Virus record (IMG/VR): IMGVR_UViG_3300017777_001407
Coordinates: 1-25,235 of that record
Source: a virus
Lineage: Duplodnaviria; Caudoviricetes
DNA length: 25,235 bases
Direction: 5' to 3' (one strand)
The notes under the pieces are model-generated. The model was not told where the DNA came from, ran no database searches, and saw only the letters and a program-made list of their open reading frames with translations. Positions 15,630 to 25,235 of the stretch are shown here, in pieces. Position 1 is the stretch's first letter. Every line of letters begins with the position of its first letter. Position numbers and translations under genes: made by a program.

Positions 15630-18467
15630 ATGGCAACAACAGATCTATTGACCGCAGTACTGGCACCCGAAGGAGAAGGGTGGTACTGCATAGTTGGCTT
15701 ACGGCAGGACGGGTCAAAACCCCCTGTGCAAACATTCCACGCAACTCTCGTGGAGGTAGAAGCACAAATTGATGTGCTGTTACAAGATAAGTGCAATGTG
15801 TACTTTGCTTGCGCTAAATATAAAGACCCCAAAGAGGGTAGGATCCAACCCAATACGGGTATGATTAAAGCCTTTTGGCTAGATATTGACTGTGGTGAGG
15901 GTAAACCCTATGAAAATCAAACAGAAGGATTAAATGCACTTAAATCTTTTTGTAAGAAGATTAATATGCCTTTGCCATCTGTGGTTGATTCAGGGCGAGG
16001 TATACATGCTTATTGGAGATTAAAAACTGTAATTACTCGGACAGAGTGGCGCCCAGTAGCAGAGCGACTTAAAGCGCTTTGTGAAGAGCATGGCTTTGAT
16101 GCTGATCCATCCAGGACCGCAGATAACGCATCTATTTTACGTGTACCAGAGACTCTTAATTTTAAAGAAGATCCTCCGTTACATGTAACAATTTTGGCTA
16201 TACAGCCCGAAATAGACTACGAATATGTCAAACAAACCATAGGCGTTTTAGTTGCGCCTGACTGGATGCCTCGGCAGTACAGCGAGTCTGCGTTATCTTT
16301 ATTAGGTAATAAGCAAAGCCGATTTAAAACCATCATGATTAAAACCATGAATGGGCAGGGATGTGCTCAGCTTGAGAACATTGCAATAAACCAAGACACA
16401 ATTGAAGAACCACTATGGAGAGCAGGCTTGTCGGTAGCGGCAGTCTGCGTAGATAGAGATAAAGCCATACATAAAATATCCGAAGCACACCCTGAGTACT
16501 CACCGGAGAACACGGAGCGTAAAGCTAATCAAACAAAGGGGCCATACACATGTCAAACATTCGAGAAGCTTAATCCTCAAGGCTGTGAAGGCTGCCAACA
16601 CAAGGGCAAGATATCATCGCCGGTGCAGCTCGGATCTGAAATTGCTGCTGCGGAAGATAACATCATCGTGGAGACGACGGAGACTGGTCAAGAGGAAGTT
16701 TTCGATATACCACCGTATCCATTTCCGTATTTTAGGGGGAAGAACGGCGGCGTTTATATTGAGATTAGGGATGACGATGGGGGTAGTGACGCAATAAATA
16801 TATACGAGCATGACCTGTATATTGTCAAACGCCTGCACGATCCTGCCAAAGGCGAGTCGGTTTGGATCAGACTGCACCTACCAAAAGACGGCATGAAAGA
16901 GTTTGCCATGTCAGCTACAGATGCAATGACATCAGAAAAGCTACGGGATAAGCTAGGCTACTTTGGGGTCATAGCAGCTAAAAAACAAATGGATGCGATT
17001 ATGGGATACATGATTGCGTCAGCAAAAAATCTACAACATTCAATGGAGTTAGAAGTTATGAGAGATCAGTTTGGTTGGGCCGACAAGGATCAAAAGTTTA
17101 TTATCGGTGAGCAAGAAGTTTCAGCAGAAAAGGTAGCATATAGCCCACCTTCAGTAGCCACTGGCTCATTAGCCGACTATTTAAAGCCAAAAGGTAGCTT
17201 TGAAGAATGGCAGCGTATAGTCAAGGTATACGATCAGCCTGGGTTTGAACCACATGCCTTTGGCTTCTTTACCGCCTTTGGTGCCCCACTACTTAAGCAT
17301 CTCAAACTCAAGGGTGCAATTATTAATCTAGTAAACAATATATCGGGTACTGGTAAGTCAACCATTTTGAAGATGTGCAATAGCGTATGGGGTCATCCTG
17401 AAGAGCTTATGTTGCAGTGGAAAGACACAATGAACTCCATGATCCACCGCCTTGGGGTTATGAATAATCTACCCGTGACTATTGACGAAGTTACCAAGAT
17501 GAGCGGCGACCACTTCTCAGACCTACTTTATGCTGCATCGCAAGGTAGAGGTAAGAACCGTATGAAACAGCACGAGAATGCTGAGCGTGCAAACGCTACT
17601 AAGTGGGGCACCATCTTACTAACTAGCTCCAATGCATCCTTCTATGACAAGCTATCATCCCTTAAAGCTACCCCCGATGGCGAGTTTATGCGCCTTTTAG
17701 AGTACAAGATTGAGCTTACAGGCACACTGTCTAAGCAAGAAGCCGAAGAGATATTCAATGCTTTGTACGAGCATCATGGACACGCAGGAGTTAAGTACGC
17801 CCAGTATTTAGTTACTGATTTAGAAGAAGCCATGGATCTTGTTATGCAAGTCCAACAGCGTATTGATAAAGCCGTTGATATGAGTAACCGTGAGCGGTTC
17901 TGGTCGGCTGTAGCCGCATGTAATATCGCCGGCGCTTTAATTGCTAAGGATTTAGGATTAATTGATTTTGATATACATAGGGTATATACCTGGATTGTTG
18001 CAGAACTCAAAGTCATGCGGCATGAAATTAAAGCCCCAACCAAGGGTGTGACTGACGCTATCAGTGAGTTTATTAACGAACACCGTGGCACTGTATTGGT
18101 AATTAATGACGAAGCCGACGGTCGTACTGGCATGGAACAACTGCCTATTGTTGAACCTAGATGGGATAAGCTGTACATCCGCATAGAGCCTGATACTAAA
18201 GAAATGTACATTAACGCCAAGCAGTTTAGGAAGTATTGCACCGAGAACCAGATTACTTTAAAAGATGTGCTGACTTCCTTGGAGGTAGATAAAGCCTACC
18301 TTGGGCTTAAGAAGAAGCGCATATCCAAGGGCACCAAGATTAAATCAGGAGCTATTGACTGCTTTGCTTTTGACCTGTCAGCTAAGGCGTTTGAAGACGA
18401 GCAACTTATTGAAATAGCACAGGATACGCCACAAGATGCTGATCCACGGTCTGAGCTTCAGAGTTAA
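15630..18467 (+). CDS. primase-helicase (RepB/AEP-like primase, Cys-rich middle region, DUF927-type helicase)
   Basis: WLDID, SGRGIHAYW, ILRVPET.N, PYTC..F....C..C, Walker A SGTGKST and Walker B VTIDE; SD GAGGA. Confidence 0.88.
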   Translation: MATTDLLTAVLAPEGEGWYCIVGLRQDGSKPPVQTFHATLVEVEAQIDVLLQDKCNVYFACAKYKDPKEGRIQPNTGMIKAFWLDIDCGEGKPYENQTEGLNALKSFCKKINMPLPSVVDSGRGIHAYWRLKTVITRTEWRPVAERLKALCEEHGFDADPSRTADNASILRVPETLNFKEDPPLHVTILAIQPEIDYEYVKQTIGVLVAPDWMPRQYSESALSLLGNKQSRFKTIMIKTMNGQGCAQLENIAINQDTIEEPLWRAGLSVAAVCVDRDKAIHKISEAHPEYSPENTERKANQTKGPYTCQTFEKLNPQGCEGCQHKGKISSPVQLGSEIAAAEDNIIVETTETGQEEVFDIPPYPFPYFRGKNGGVYIEIRDDDGGSDAINIYEHDLYIVKRLHDPAKGESVWIRLHLPKDGMKEFAMSATDAMTSEKLRDKLGYFGVIAAKKQMDAIMGYMIASAKNLQHSMELEVMRDQFGWADKDQKFIIGEQEVSAEKVAYSPPSVATGSLADYLKPKGSFEEWQRIVKVYDQPGFEPHAFGFFTAFGAPLLKHLKLKGAIINLVNNISGTGKSTILKMCNSVWGHPEELMLQWKDTMNSMIHRLGVMNNLPVTIDEVTKMSGDHFSDLLYAASQGRGKNRMKQHENAERANATKWGTILLTSSNASFYDKLSSLKATPDGEFMRLLEYKIELTGTLSKQEAEEIFNALYEHHGHAGVKYAQYLVTDLEEAMDLVMQVQQRIDKAVDMSNRERFWSAVAACNIAGALIAKDLGLIDFDIHRVYTWIVAELKVMRHEIKAPTKGVTDAISEFINEHRGTVLVINDEADGRTGMEQLPIVEPRWDKLYIRIEPDTKEMYINAKQFRKYCTENQITLKDVLTSLEVDKAYLGLKKKRISKGTKIKSGAIDCFAFDLSAKAFEDEQLIEIAQDTPQDADPRSELQS

Positions 18468-18633
18468 CTGGAAGAACTTTGTGGTTGGGTCATCCTTTTT
18501 TATACCTTGTTTGGATACAGAAGGGGCCCTAGCCCAAGTTAAACGCACCACAAAGCGTCTTGGGTACAAGATTAAGACTCAAATTGTTGTAGAAAAGGGA
18601 ATACGTGGGTTGCGAGTATGGCGGATTAGGTAG
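18436..18633 (+). CDS. small basic hypothetical phage protein
   Basis: W..F.VGSSFFIPC...GLRVWR; overlaps the primase end. Confidence 0.7.
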   Translation: MLIHGLSFRVNWKNFVVGSSFFIPCLDTEGALAQVKRTTKRLGYKIKTQIVVEKGIRGLRVWRIR

Positions 18634-18639
18634 TATTAT
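18610..18639 (+). promoter_or_regulatory. putative sigma70 promoter for a small RNA
   Basis: TTGCGA 18610-18615, 18 nt, TATTAT 18634-18639; predicted start near 18646. Confidence 0.45.
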
Positions 18640-18645
18640 CTGGGT

Positions 18646-18715
18646 GTAGCCCATGGCTACTTCATTTATTTCCTTGTTGGTAACAACTTTAGCCCCGCTT
18701 CGGCGGGGTCTTTTT
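18646..18715 (+). ncRNA. candidate small RNA (about 70 nt) with exposed anti-SD/anti-AUG segment
   Basis: Hairpin GTAGCC-CAT-GGCTAC, unpaired TTCATTTATTTCCTT, hairpin GTTG-GTAA-CAAC, then the terminator. Confidence 0.5.
18692..18715 (+). terminator. Rho-independent terminator between converging genes
   Basis: GCCCCGC-TTCG-GCGGGGT followed by CTTTTT. Confidence 0.88.
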
Positions 18716-21700
18716 AGTCCTCTGGATCCCCGTAGTCGTTCATGGCTGATAGCTGCCCAATAAGCTTCTTATTAAGGGACATACCACCAGTAATCTCAGC
18801 CAAACCACGTTGCTTATATCGTGTAGTTACCGAGCGACTTAAGTTTGTGCCTAATATAGAAACACCAGGATTAGCAGCATTAAACTTAATTATGGTTTCA
18901 AGCGTCTCTTCAATTAGGTCGGAATCGTTATTATCAACCCCCATAAAGAACGCATCTAACAAAGACTGCCTACGGTTAAGGATGTTTTGTTCCGCCGTCT
19001 TCATCTCAATATTAGACTTCTGGCGTTGAGCAAGGCGCTCTGGAGAGAACCCAATAAACTGCAATCCTGCTTCGTAGCCCGAAACATCCCCTAGGAGCTC
19101 ATTTCCCTTAAGGGTTGTGGCTCGCCCCTCAGAAGCTAAACGAATGCCTTTTAGAGCGTTTTTAATAACGGCTGGGGTGCCTGTTTCAAAAGCTCTTTCG
19201 ATATAGCCATCGTTATATTGTTTAACTGCCTCGGCACCGTTAATAACCAAGCCTGCTGAAGGGCCTAGTAGGTTAATAAACATGTTTTGCACGGCTGTAA
19301 CTTCATCAGAACTCTTACGGGTATCTCTGTACCACATGTCATTTAAGCTTAAACGGCTGGCTATATCTGCACCAAGCGCCTGTGATACCACCCCACGGGA
19401 AATAGAGTCGCCTACAAAGCCGCCAAAGGTCTCGTTGCACCAGTTTTTAAACCAGTTATCAAAGTCCCATTCTTCTTCGTCGTCGCCAAATACAGCTTGC
19501 ATAGCGTTAATAACACCAGACACAGCCCACCATAAGGGTAAACCCGAAGCTCCAGCAAATACTGCAGTTAATCCCAAGGTGCCAAGTAGTCTGTTACGAG
19601 CTTCTACTTGTATATCCTTCATGTATTGATCGACTGCTGCGTCTAATTCATTTGCAGTTAAAGGCTCGGCATCAGGAGTATTTATCTTACGACTTCCTTT
19701 TATTTGGTCGGCTATGTCTTTGTACATGCCAAGCCTAGGATCGTTTGGATCTATCTTTGCTATTTCTTTGCGCTGATCAGCTGTAAGAATGCTTCTTTGC
19801 CATTCGTACAAACTTCTAGCCAATAGGTAGGTCATTTGCTGGGCAAATTGCTTAAACTGAAGAATAACTTTAGCGTAGGCACTTTGAAAATAACGTGGTT
19901 TATTCAATGTTGAGTAATCAAACATTGATTTGTAGGTTAGTTCTTTGGTAACTTCAATTGCTTTATCAAACGCAGCTTGATCTGTATAGCCGTCGGCTTT
20001 AGCTTTATCGTAAGCTAAGTCAAATACGCTCATACCCACAACTTCACGGTTAAATTTCTCAGCGCCGTGAAACAAACCACTTAGCACTTTCATAACACTT
20101 TGGGTTTTACCAGTGTACAAATTAGAAGGGGCTTCAGCCATGCCAACTATGTCGTGTGATAACGTAATGTCAAACAAACCATCAACTACAAGTTTGTCGT
20201 AAGCACGCTGCTGCAATTCGGTTAATATGCCGGCTTTATTGTTTAATGAAGGAAAAGTTGCATTACCATCTTTATCTTTAAATCCAGCGCCAGCAAACTT
20301 CTTGGCAAGCGCACTCATTTTTGCGGCAGTTTTTGCATTACCAAATCTAGCACCTACTACAGGCAAGCCGACCGCTACAACACCTAGCATGTTTACCAAT
20401 GCTGAAGCAGGTGAAGTCATGAACCAAATAAAGGAAGTATTAGATAGAAACCCTGGTATTCCGCCAGTGTCCGTAGGATTCATTATGTATTCCATACGTT
20501 TTTCTAGCTCGGCTACATACTCAGCATCAATCTTGCCTTCTCTAGTATCTTTTTCTTTAAGCCCTTGTCTAGCTGTAGCTAGGTCATCAAACATCCCACG
20601 ACTATGTTTATATCGAGAATGCTGATAAGACATATGGAACGCCGACGACGTAAACGCACGCAGCATGTCTAGTTCCATACCAGCAACACCTTTACGGTTC
20701 ATAAACATCTTGCGGACGCTTTGATCTGGCAGGGTTAAGAAATAAAGCTGCTCTAAGTTTTCTTCAATATTAGCCTTAAGCGCTTCATTAGTCTCGCCTT
20801 TGCCTGACTTAATAATATTTTTGAGTTCTTCTAAGAACGTAAAGTCACGCATATTATCTGAGGCAAGTTCTTGTATAGAGTTACGAGCTTTGACTTCGCT
20901 ACCAGTAAGTTTGCGATTAAGGTCTTTTTCTAGTTCAGCTTTACGCTCGGCTAAAAACGCATTGCGTTGTGCAGCGCTCTCAAACAAATAAAACTCTTTT
21001 TTCTTGCCATCAAAGAACTGAACCGAGAACCTACCAAAACGACGTATTGGGAAATACACGTCTACCTTATGCTTAGAAAAATGCTCTCTTAATCGCTTAA
21101 CTTCAGGGTTATTCTCTAACTCTGCGGTTTCTAGGGCGTACTTAGGATCTTTAATATCTGCAGTGGTACGGTACTGCGCCTTCTTATTTTCAACGGCGTT
21201 GTTAATATAGTCGGCCAAGCTCTGCTTATAAAAGTCTCGCACTTCTCTATATATAGCCTGCCCTTCTGCGCCAATTTCTTGCCAGGCTTTGTCAACTTCA
21301 GGGCGCTGAGTCTTACCTTTGTCCGGATCTTTATTTAACGTAAACAAATTACCCTGTTTATCTGTATAAGGTGGGCGATCATCAAGCGTAACGTCAATCA
21401 TTAACTTGTTAAGTATTATTGCTAGCTTAGGATTGTCTTTCTGCCACTTTTGCCAGCGTAGTGCAATCTTCCTAGTCTTTTCAAGCCGTTGATTACGGTC
21501 GTCAAGCATACCCTCTACTTTTGCAATAAAGGTTCTAAACTGCGGGATTCTGCTACCAGCCAAATCATTTAACTGACGCAGGGTAAATCCGCCTAAATAG
21601 TACTTACGGGCCGTATCGTCAACGTTCTCAAGAAAATCCCCCATGCCTAGCTTTAGCATGTTCCAAGTTGGACGACCAAAAAATCTTCTATCTATGGTGT

Positions 21701-24700
21701 TCAAGAAGTTGGGATTAGCAGGCATATTGCCTTTTAATATTGATTTACCTCTAGCGGGGAAGGCACGCATATTAGCAGTAGTAGCTGGGGGAGCTTGCAA
21801 TATGATGTTAGCGTTGGCAATTGTGTAGCCAAGCACGTTGTCTAAACCAAAGAGTTTTGCAATAAATTTAGTAAATGCGTCCCATAAGCTTACTTTGCCA
21901 CCTTCATATCTAAGGTCTCGTAACAGATTTTGGAACTCTTCATTAGCAAAAGCTTCAGATACAAACTCGTCTACGCTTTTAAAACCGTACTCTTCAAACT
22001 CAGGCTTGCCTTCGTATTTCTTTTTAGCGTACTCAAATAGTTTATTTAGCTCAGTTACAGCGTCTTGTTGTTGCTTAGTTAAATTATTAAAGTTCTCTGG
22101 ATCTAAGGCATACATTGTTCCTGCATGAGTTACTTCATGTAGCAACGCCCAAGTGCTCATCCCACCTTTGCTTGAATTTAAATTAATAGTGTCTAAATAG
22201 CCACCGTAATACACACCAGCAGAGTCTATATGGCTTACTGCGTCTCGATACGCTTGAAGCACGGTATTAAATTGCCCAATAATAGGGGGTATTACATCTT
22301 TCATGTACTCTAGTCGGCCAGAGGCAATCGCTTCTAAACCTTCTAAATTGCCACGGAATACATCTTCTGTATCTAATGGCTGGTCAAACTTATAGTGTTT
22401 AATAAAGTCTGGACCCCAATCATACGTTCTGAGAGTATTTAAAAAAGTGGGTTTAGCTCGTTTGGCATTGTACTCAACTAATTCTTTAGCCAGGCGAACT
22501 TGTTGATTAATTACTACGTCAGTTTGTAAATTTAAACTTTTTAGTCTTCTTGCAAGATTAGTTATGAATTTATTGTAAGAACCAACTACTGATTCTCTAG
22601 TTAATAACTCAAGCGCTCCGTTAAGGTCCCCAGCTTCTATGCGAGCCTGAATTGCAGGATGCATTGGGTAAAACAACTTAGGATCAAGCGTTTCAGTCTT
22701 GCTAGGTGGTTTATACCGTTTAAGTCCTGCATCAAATACAAAACCTTCAGCTTTACCAGTAGGAGCACGGCTAATATTTTGGATGTATTTACGTGCTACA
22801 CCACCTTCTTTTTTAAGTTTGTCGGCCCGCTCTATGGCAGCGTCAGCATCCCTAACCATCTTTTGATACGCAGCTACTGTAGCGTCAAAGCGTTTTAGTT
22901 CTTTTGCAGGTAAGTTATCTTCGACCCATTTCTTAAATAATGTAGCCTGCGCTTTGTTTTGATCTTTAAATACTACGCCAGAATAAGTGTTGTCTTTTAT
23001 ACCAAGGTCAAACGCAGCCGAGCGCATAGCCAAACTATAAGTTGGGTAGCCGTTTCTGCCCCCAAAGTAAGCGTATGCAGCATTTTCTTCTGGCGTTCTT
23101 TGACTTGCTGGGATTCCGTCTAATATAGTTAAAGCCCTTTGAATCTGTTGGGCAGTGTATGGCTCCATGTTATTAAGAGCTTCTGTAGCCTCAAACGGCA
23201 ATACAGTCCCCTCTATACCAAGACTTGCACGCTCGTATTTGTTTAAAGCCTCTTTTAGCTGGGTACTAAAATCGTTAATGCCCCGTACAGTATTTAAATT
23301 AGGCGCAGAAGTTAACGACGCTAATGCTTCAGACTGGGATTTAACGTCCATACCAGCAAAACGCTGGGATAACCCAGAGGTCAAAGCCTCACGCTCTTTT
23401 GGTGCAATACTTAAGCTATCAAAGAACTGACGCAAAAAGTTTAGCCGCTTGTCTAGTTCTGGTCCAGCAAGTGGTGCGCTAACATCAGGACCTTTACCTT
23501 CTGCTTCAAATCTGGCTACTTCTTTACCAGTCTTAAACCCAAGAAACTCAGCAACATCATCAAGCATGTTGTTTACTTTGCTTCTAAAAGAAACAGATTG
23601 TGTTGGGTTAGCACTGCTAGACTTTAGGCTATTAAAGAAGGCGGTCAACGGTTTTAATGGGTTGTCGGCCGAGCCAATCAGCATCATCTGAGCACGTTCG
23701 CCTTCAGGTATAGCTTCAATACCTTTGGTTTCTGGTACATACCCAGCTGGTGCAGTTAGTTCAAATCCATCCCCAGTTGTGTCTAATGTACGTTTGGTAT
23801 CGTCACTAGGCTCTTCAAACTCAAACCCCATTTGTCCAGGAGCTCTTGCTGCTTTGATTTTGCCCTGTCCAGCAAGTTCAGCTTTTGCCTGCCGTACACT
23901 TTGCAGTTCACTATCTACTTGACCAAACTGTTGTTCTGCCCCGCCAATACGCTCATCGGTTGGGTCAACCTCACTGATCTCTCTTATGTAGCCTTTAATG
24001 TTATTGAGTTGGCTAACTAAAGCAGCTTCTCTTGTGTCTAGCTCATTTAGTTGATTGTTGAGTTCCTCATCTCGTTTTGCAGCATCTGCAGCAAGTCGAT
24101 TAGCTCTATCCAAGTCTGTTTCGGAAGGTTCTCCAGCTCCGGCGTCAGTTGCACCTTTTCTGAGTTTCTCTTCGTCAGATAAAGAAACGCCAGGCTCACC
24201 TGCTCCGGCGTCAGATTTAGTACCGTAGTCTCTTGCTTCATCTATAGCACTCCTGCCGGGCTCCCCAGCTTTTTGTAATTGACGTTCACGTCGGCCTTCT
24301 AAGTATGCACCAGCACCAGAACCTGCCAAACCAAACGAACCGCCACCTACTGCACCACGTACAGAAGACTCAATGATGCGATTAAATTCTTTGCTTCCCC
24401 AGATTTCTGGGTTTTCTTGGACAAACTTCTCGGCTGTAATACTGATTGCTTCTTGTGCACCCTCAGTCAAACCTTCTGTTGCAGCACTACCAATTGTAGT
24501 ACCAACGACTCGTCTAGCCACTTCTGAGGGCATACCTGATTTCTCAAGTATTTTTTCTACAACTCCAGCTTTTGCATTTGGACCAAGTTGTTTAAGAATA
24601 GCGACTGGCAATACTGAATCTAGTGCGGCTGATACAGAACCAGCTAAAAGAGCTGCACCGGTCTCCATTTGACCAGTCTCTTCATATATGTTTTGGAATA

Positions 24701-25235
24701 CTTCAGGAGCGTTAAGCGCATAAGAACCAAGAAAGGTTCCAGCAAGTTGCCCACGACCAGCACCTTCCGCCGTCTTCATTGCTGCGTATCTAGCTCCAGC
24801 TTCTGTAGCTTCACGCTCGGCTAACTTTTTAGCGGCTGCGCTAGCAGCCATACGCCCACCGACTGCGCCAATTCCCGCACCGGGTATCAAAGCCGTAGCC
24901 ATACCAGGTATTTGTTCTGCGACTGTTTCTAGTGCAAAGGGTATATAGTCGCCTATGCCTTTGACGTCGGATAAAGACTTATAGCGGGCACCGTACTTTT
25001 GCTCAATTTCTTTTTGAGTCTGCGCAGCTTCTTCCATCTGCTTAGCTGCATACTCGTCAGCGCCAACAGCTTTAGCCGCCATAGCAGGTAATACATCAGC
25101 AAGCAAAGACCCAGTTTGTTTAGCGCCACGTACAATACCACGCCCCATCATGCTTAGTACACCAGTATCCTGTGTAGGTTCTGGTTCAGGCAAACCAAGC
25201 TCAGCAGCCGTGTACTCTTTTTTGCTGGATGTTAA
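18714..25235 (-). CDS. very large virion/ejection-type polyvalent protein (PLxRFG-like motif, zincin HExxH), 5'-truncated
   Basis: Frame stays open from 25193 to the window edge. Gly/Ala-rich N-terminal part, LLHEVTH...DEFVSEAF, YFPIRRFG and hydrophobic C-terminal helices. Confidence 0.8.
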   Translation of the reverse strand, partial: LTSSKKEYTAAELGLPEPEPTQDTGVLSMMGRGIVRGAKQTGSLLADVLPAMAAKAVGADEYAAKQMEEAAQTQKEIEQKYGARYKSLSDVKGIGDYIPFALETVAEQIPGMATALIPGAGIGAVGGRMAASAAAKKLAEREATEAGARYAAMKTAEGAGRGQLAGTFLGSYALNAPEVFQNIYEETGQMETGAALLAGSVSAALDSVLPVAILKQLGPNAKAGVVEKILEKSGMPSEVARRVVGTTIGSAATEGLTEGAQEAISITAEKFVQENPEIWGSKEFNRIIESSVRGAVGGGSFGLAGSGAGAYLEGRRERQLQKAGEPGRSAIDEARDYGTKSDAGAGEPGVSLSDEEKLRKGATDAGAGEPSETDLDRANRLAADAAKRDEELNNQLNELDTREAALVSQLNNIKGYIREISEVDPTDERIGGAEQQFGQVDSELQSVRQAKAELAGQGKIKAARAPGQMGFEFEEPSDDTKRTLDTTGDGFELTAPAGYVPETKGIEAIPEGERAQMMLIGSADNPLKPLTAFFNSLKSSSANPTQSVSFRSKVNNMLDDVAEFLGFKTGKEVARFEAEGKGPDVSAPLAGPELDKRLNFLRQFFDSLSIAPKEREALTSGLSQRFAGMDVKSQSEALASLTSAPNLNTVRGINDFSTQLKEALNKYERASLGIEGTVLPFEATEALNNMEPYTAQQIQRALTILDGIPASQRTPEENAAYAYFGGRNGYPTYSLAMRSAAFDLGIKDNTYSGVVFKDQNKAQATLFKKWVEDNLPAKELKRFDATVAAYQKMVRDADAAIERADKLKKEGGVARKYIQNISRAPTGKAEGFVFDAGLKRYKPPSKTETLDPKLFYPMHPAIQARIEAGDLNGALELLTRESVVGSYNKFITNLARRLKSLNLQTDVVINQQVRLAKELVEYNAKRAKPTFLNTLRTYDWGPDFIKHYKFDQPLDTEDVFRGNLEGLEAIASGRLEYMKDVIPPIIGQFNTVLQAYRDAVSHIDSAGVYYGGYLDTINLNSSKGGMSTWALLHEVTHAGTMYALDPENFNNLTKQQQDAVTELNKLFEYAKKKYEGKPEFEEYGFKSVDEFVSEAFANEEFQNLLRDLRYEGGKVSLWDAFTKFIAKLFGLDNVLGYTIANANIILQAPPATTANMRAFPARGKSILKGNMPANPNFLNTIDRRFFGRPTWNMLKLGMGDFLENVDDTARKYYLGGFTLRQLNDLAGSRIPQFRTFIAKVEGMLDDRNQRLEKTRKIALRWQKWQKDNPKLAIILNKLMIDVTLDDRPPYTDKQGNLFTLNKDPDKGKTQRPEVDKAWQEIGAEGQAIYREVRDFYKQSLADYINNAVENKKAQYRTTADIKDPKYALETAELENNPEVKRLREHFSKHKVDVYFPIRRFGRFSVQFFDGKKKEFYLFESAAQRNAFLAERKAELEKDLNRKLTGSEVKARNSIQELASDNMRDFTFLEELKNIIKSGKGETNEALKANIEENLEQLYFLTLPDQSVRKMFMNRKGVAGMELDMLRAFTSSAFHMSYQHSRYKHSRGMFDDLATARQGLKEKDTREGKIDAEYVAELEKRMEYIMNPTDTGGIPGFLSNTSFIWFMTSPASALVNMLGVVAVGLPVVGARFGNAKTAAKMSALAKKFAGAGFKDKDGNATFPSLNNKAGILTELQQRAYDKLVVDGLFDITLSHDIVGMAEAPSNLYTGKTQSVMKVLSGLFHGAEKFNREVVGMSVFDLAYDKAKADGYTDQAAFDKAIEVTKELTYKSMFDYSTLNKPRYFQSAYAKVILQFKQFAQQMTYLLARSLYEWQRSILTADQRKEIAKIDPNDPRLGMYKDIADQIKGSRKINTPDAEPLTANELDAAVDQYMKDIQVEARNRLLGTLGLTAVFAGASGLPLWWAVSGVINAMQAVFGDDEEEWDFDNWFKNWCNETFGGFVGDSISRGVVSQALGADIASRLSLNDMWYRDTRKSSDEVTAVQNMFINLLGPSAGLVINGAEAVKQYNDGYIERAFETGTPAVIKNALKGIRLASEGRATTLKGNELLGDVSGYEAGLQFIGFSPERLAQRQKSNIEMKTAEQNILNRRQSLLDAFFMGVDNNDSDLIEETLETIIKFNAANPGVSILGTNLSRSVTTRYKQRGLAEITGGMSLNKKLIGQLSAMNDYGDPED

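Noticed and set aside
4535-18467. Inteins or introns in polymerase, helicase or primase
   Set aside because: Motif spacing looks normal; no intein termini or intervening homing endonuclease seen.
18655-18678. Real - strand gene starting at the SD/ATG downstream of the giant gene
   Set aside because: Reads ATG-AAG-TAG, and even with readthrough ends after 9 codons.
18742-24672. Numerous + strand ORFs opposite the giant gene (and - strand ORFs opposite the + genes elsewhere)
   Set aside because: Antisense shadows of real genes, with no RBS or protein-like motifs.
1-25235. Genome-wide TAG reassignment (genetic code 15/16)
   Set aside because: The 2170-, 945-, 610- and 521-aa ORFs contain no internal TAG; only one gene is interrupted.

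Overview
This is a 25 kb segment of a tailed dsDNA phage genome (podovirus-like gene content; host unknown, a freshwater proteobacterium is only a guess). The + strand carries an early/accessory block (DUF2201-type metallopeptidase-VWA protein, RHH-like protein, DUF3150-like protein, hypothetical). It then carries a replication block: VRR-NUC nuclease interrupted by one in-frame TAG, family A DNA polymerase of the Leu762 type, PD-(D/E)XK nucleases, HNH, SNF2-like helicase, putative SSB/annealing protein, HTH and a DUF927-type primase-helicase. Embedded in that block is a run of glycosyltransferase, 2OG-Fe(II) oxygenase, JmjC/cupin and FkbM methyltransferase genes. A converging, 5'-truncated >2170-aa virion/ejection-type protein lies on the - strand. 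The most striking unexplained structure is non-coding: two promoter-to-terminator small RNA candidates (3471-3651 and about 18646-18715) that expose sequences complementary to Shine-Dalgarno plus AUG regions, and a three-way-junction leader before the primase-helicase. Family assignments come from motif recognition by eye; no searches or folding programs were run.
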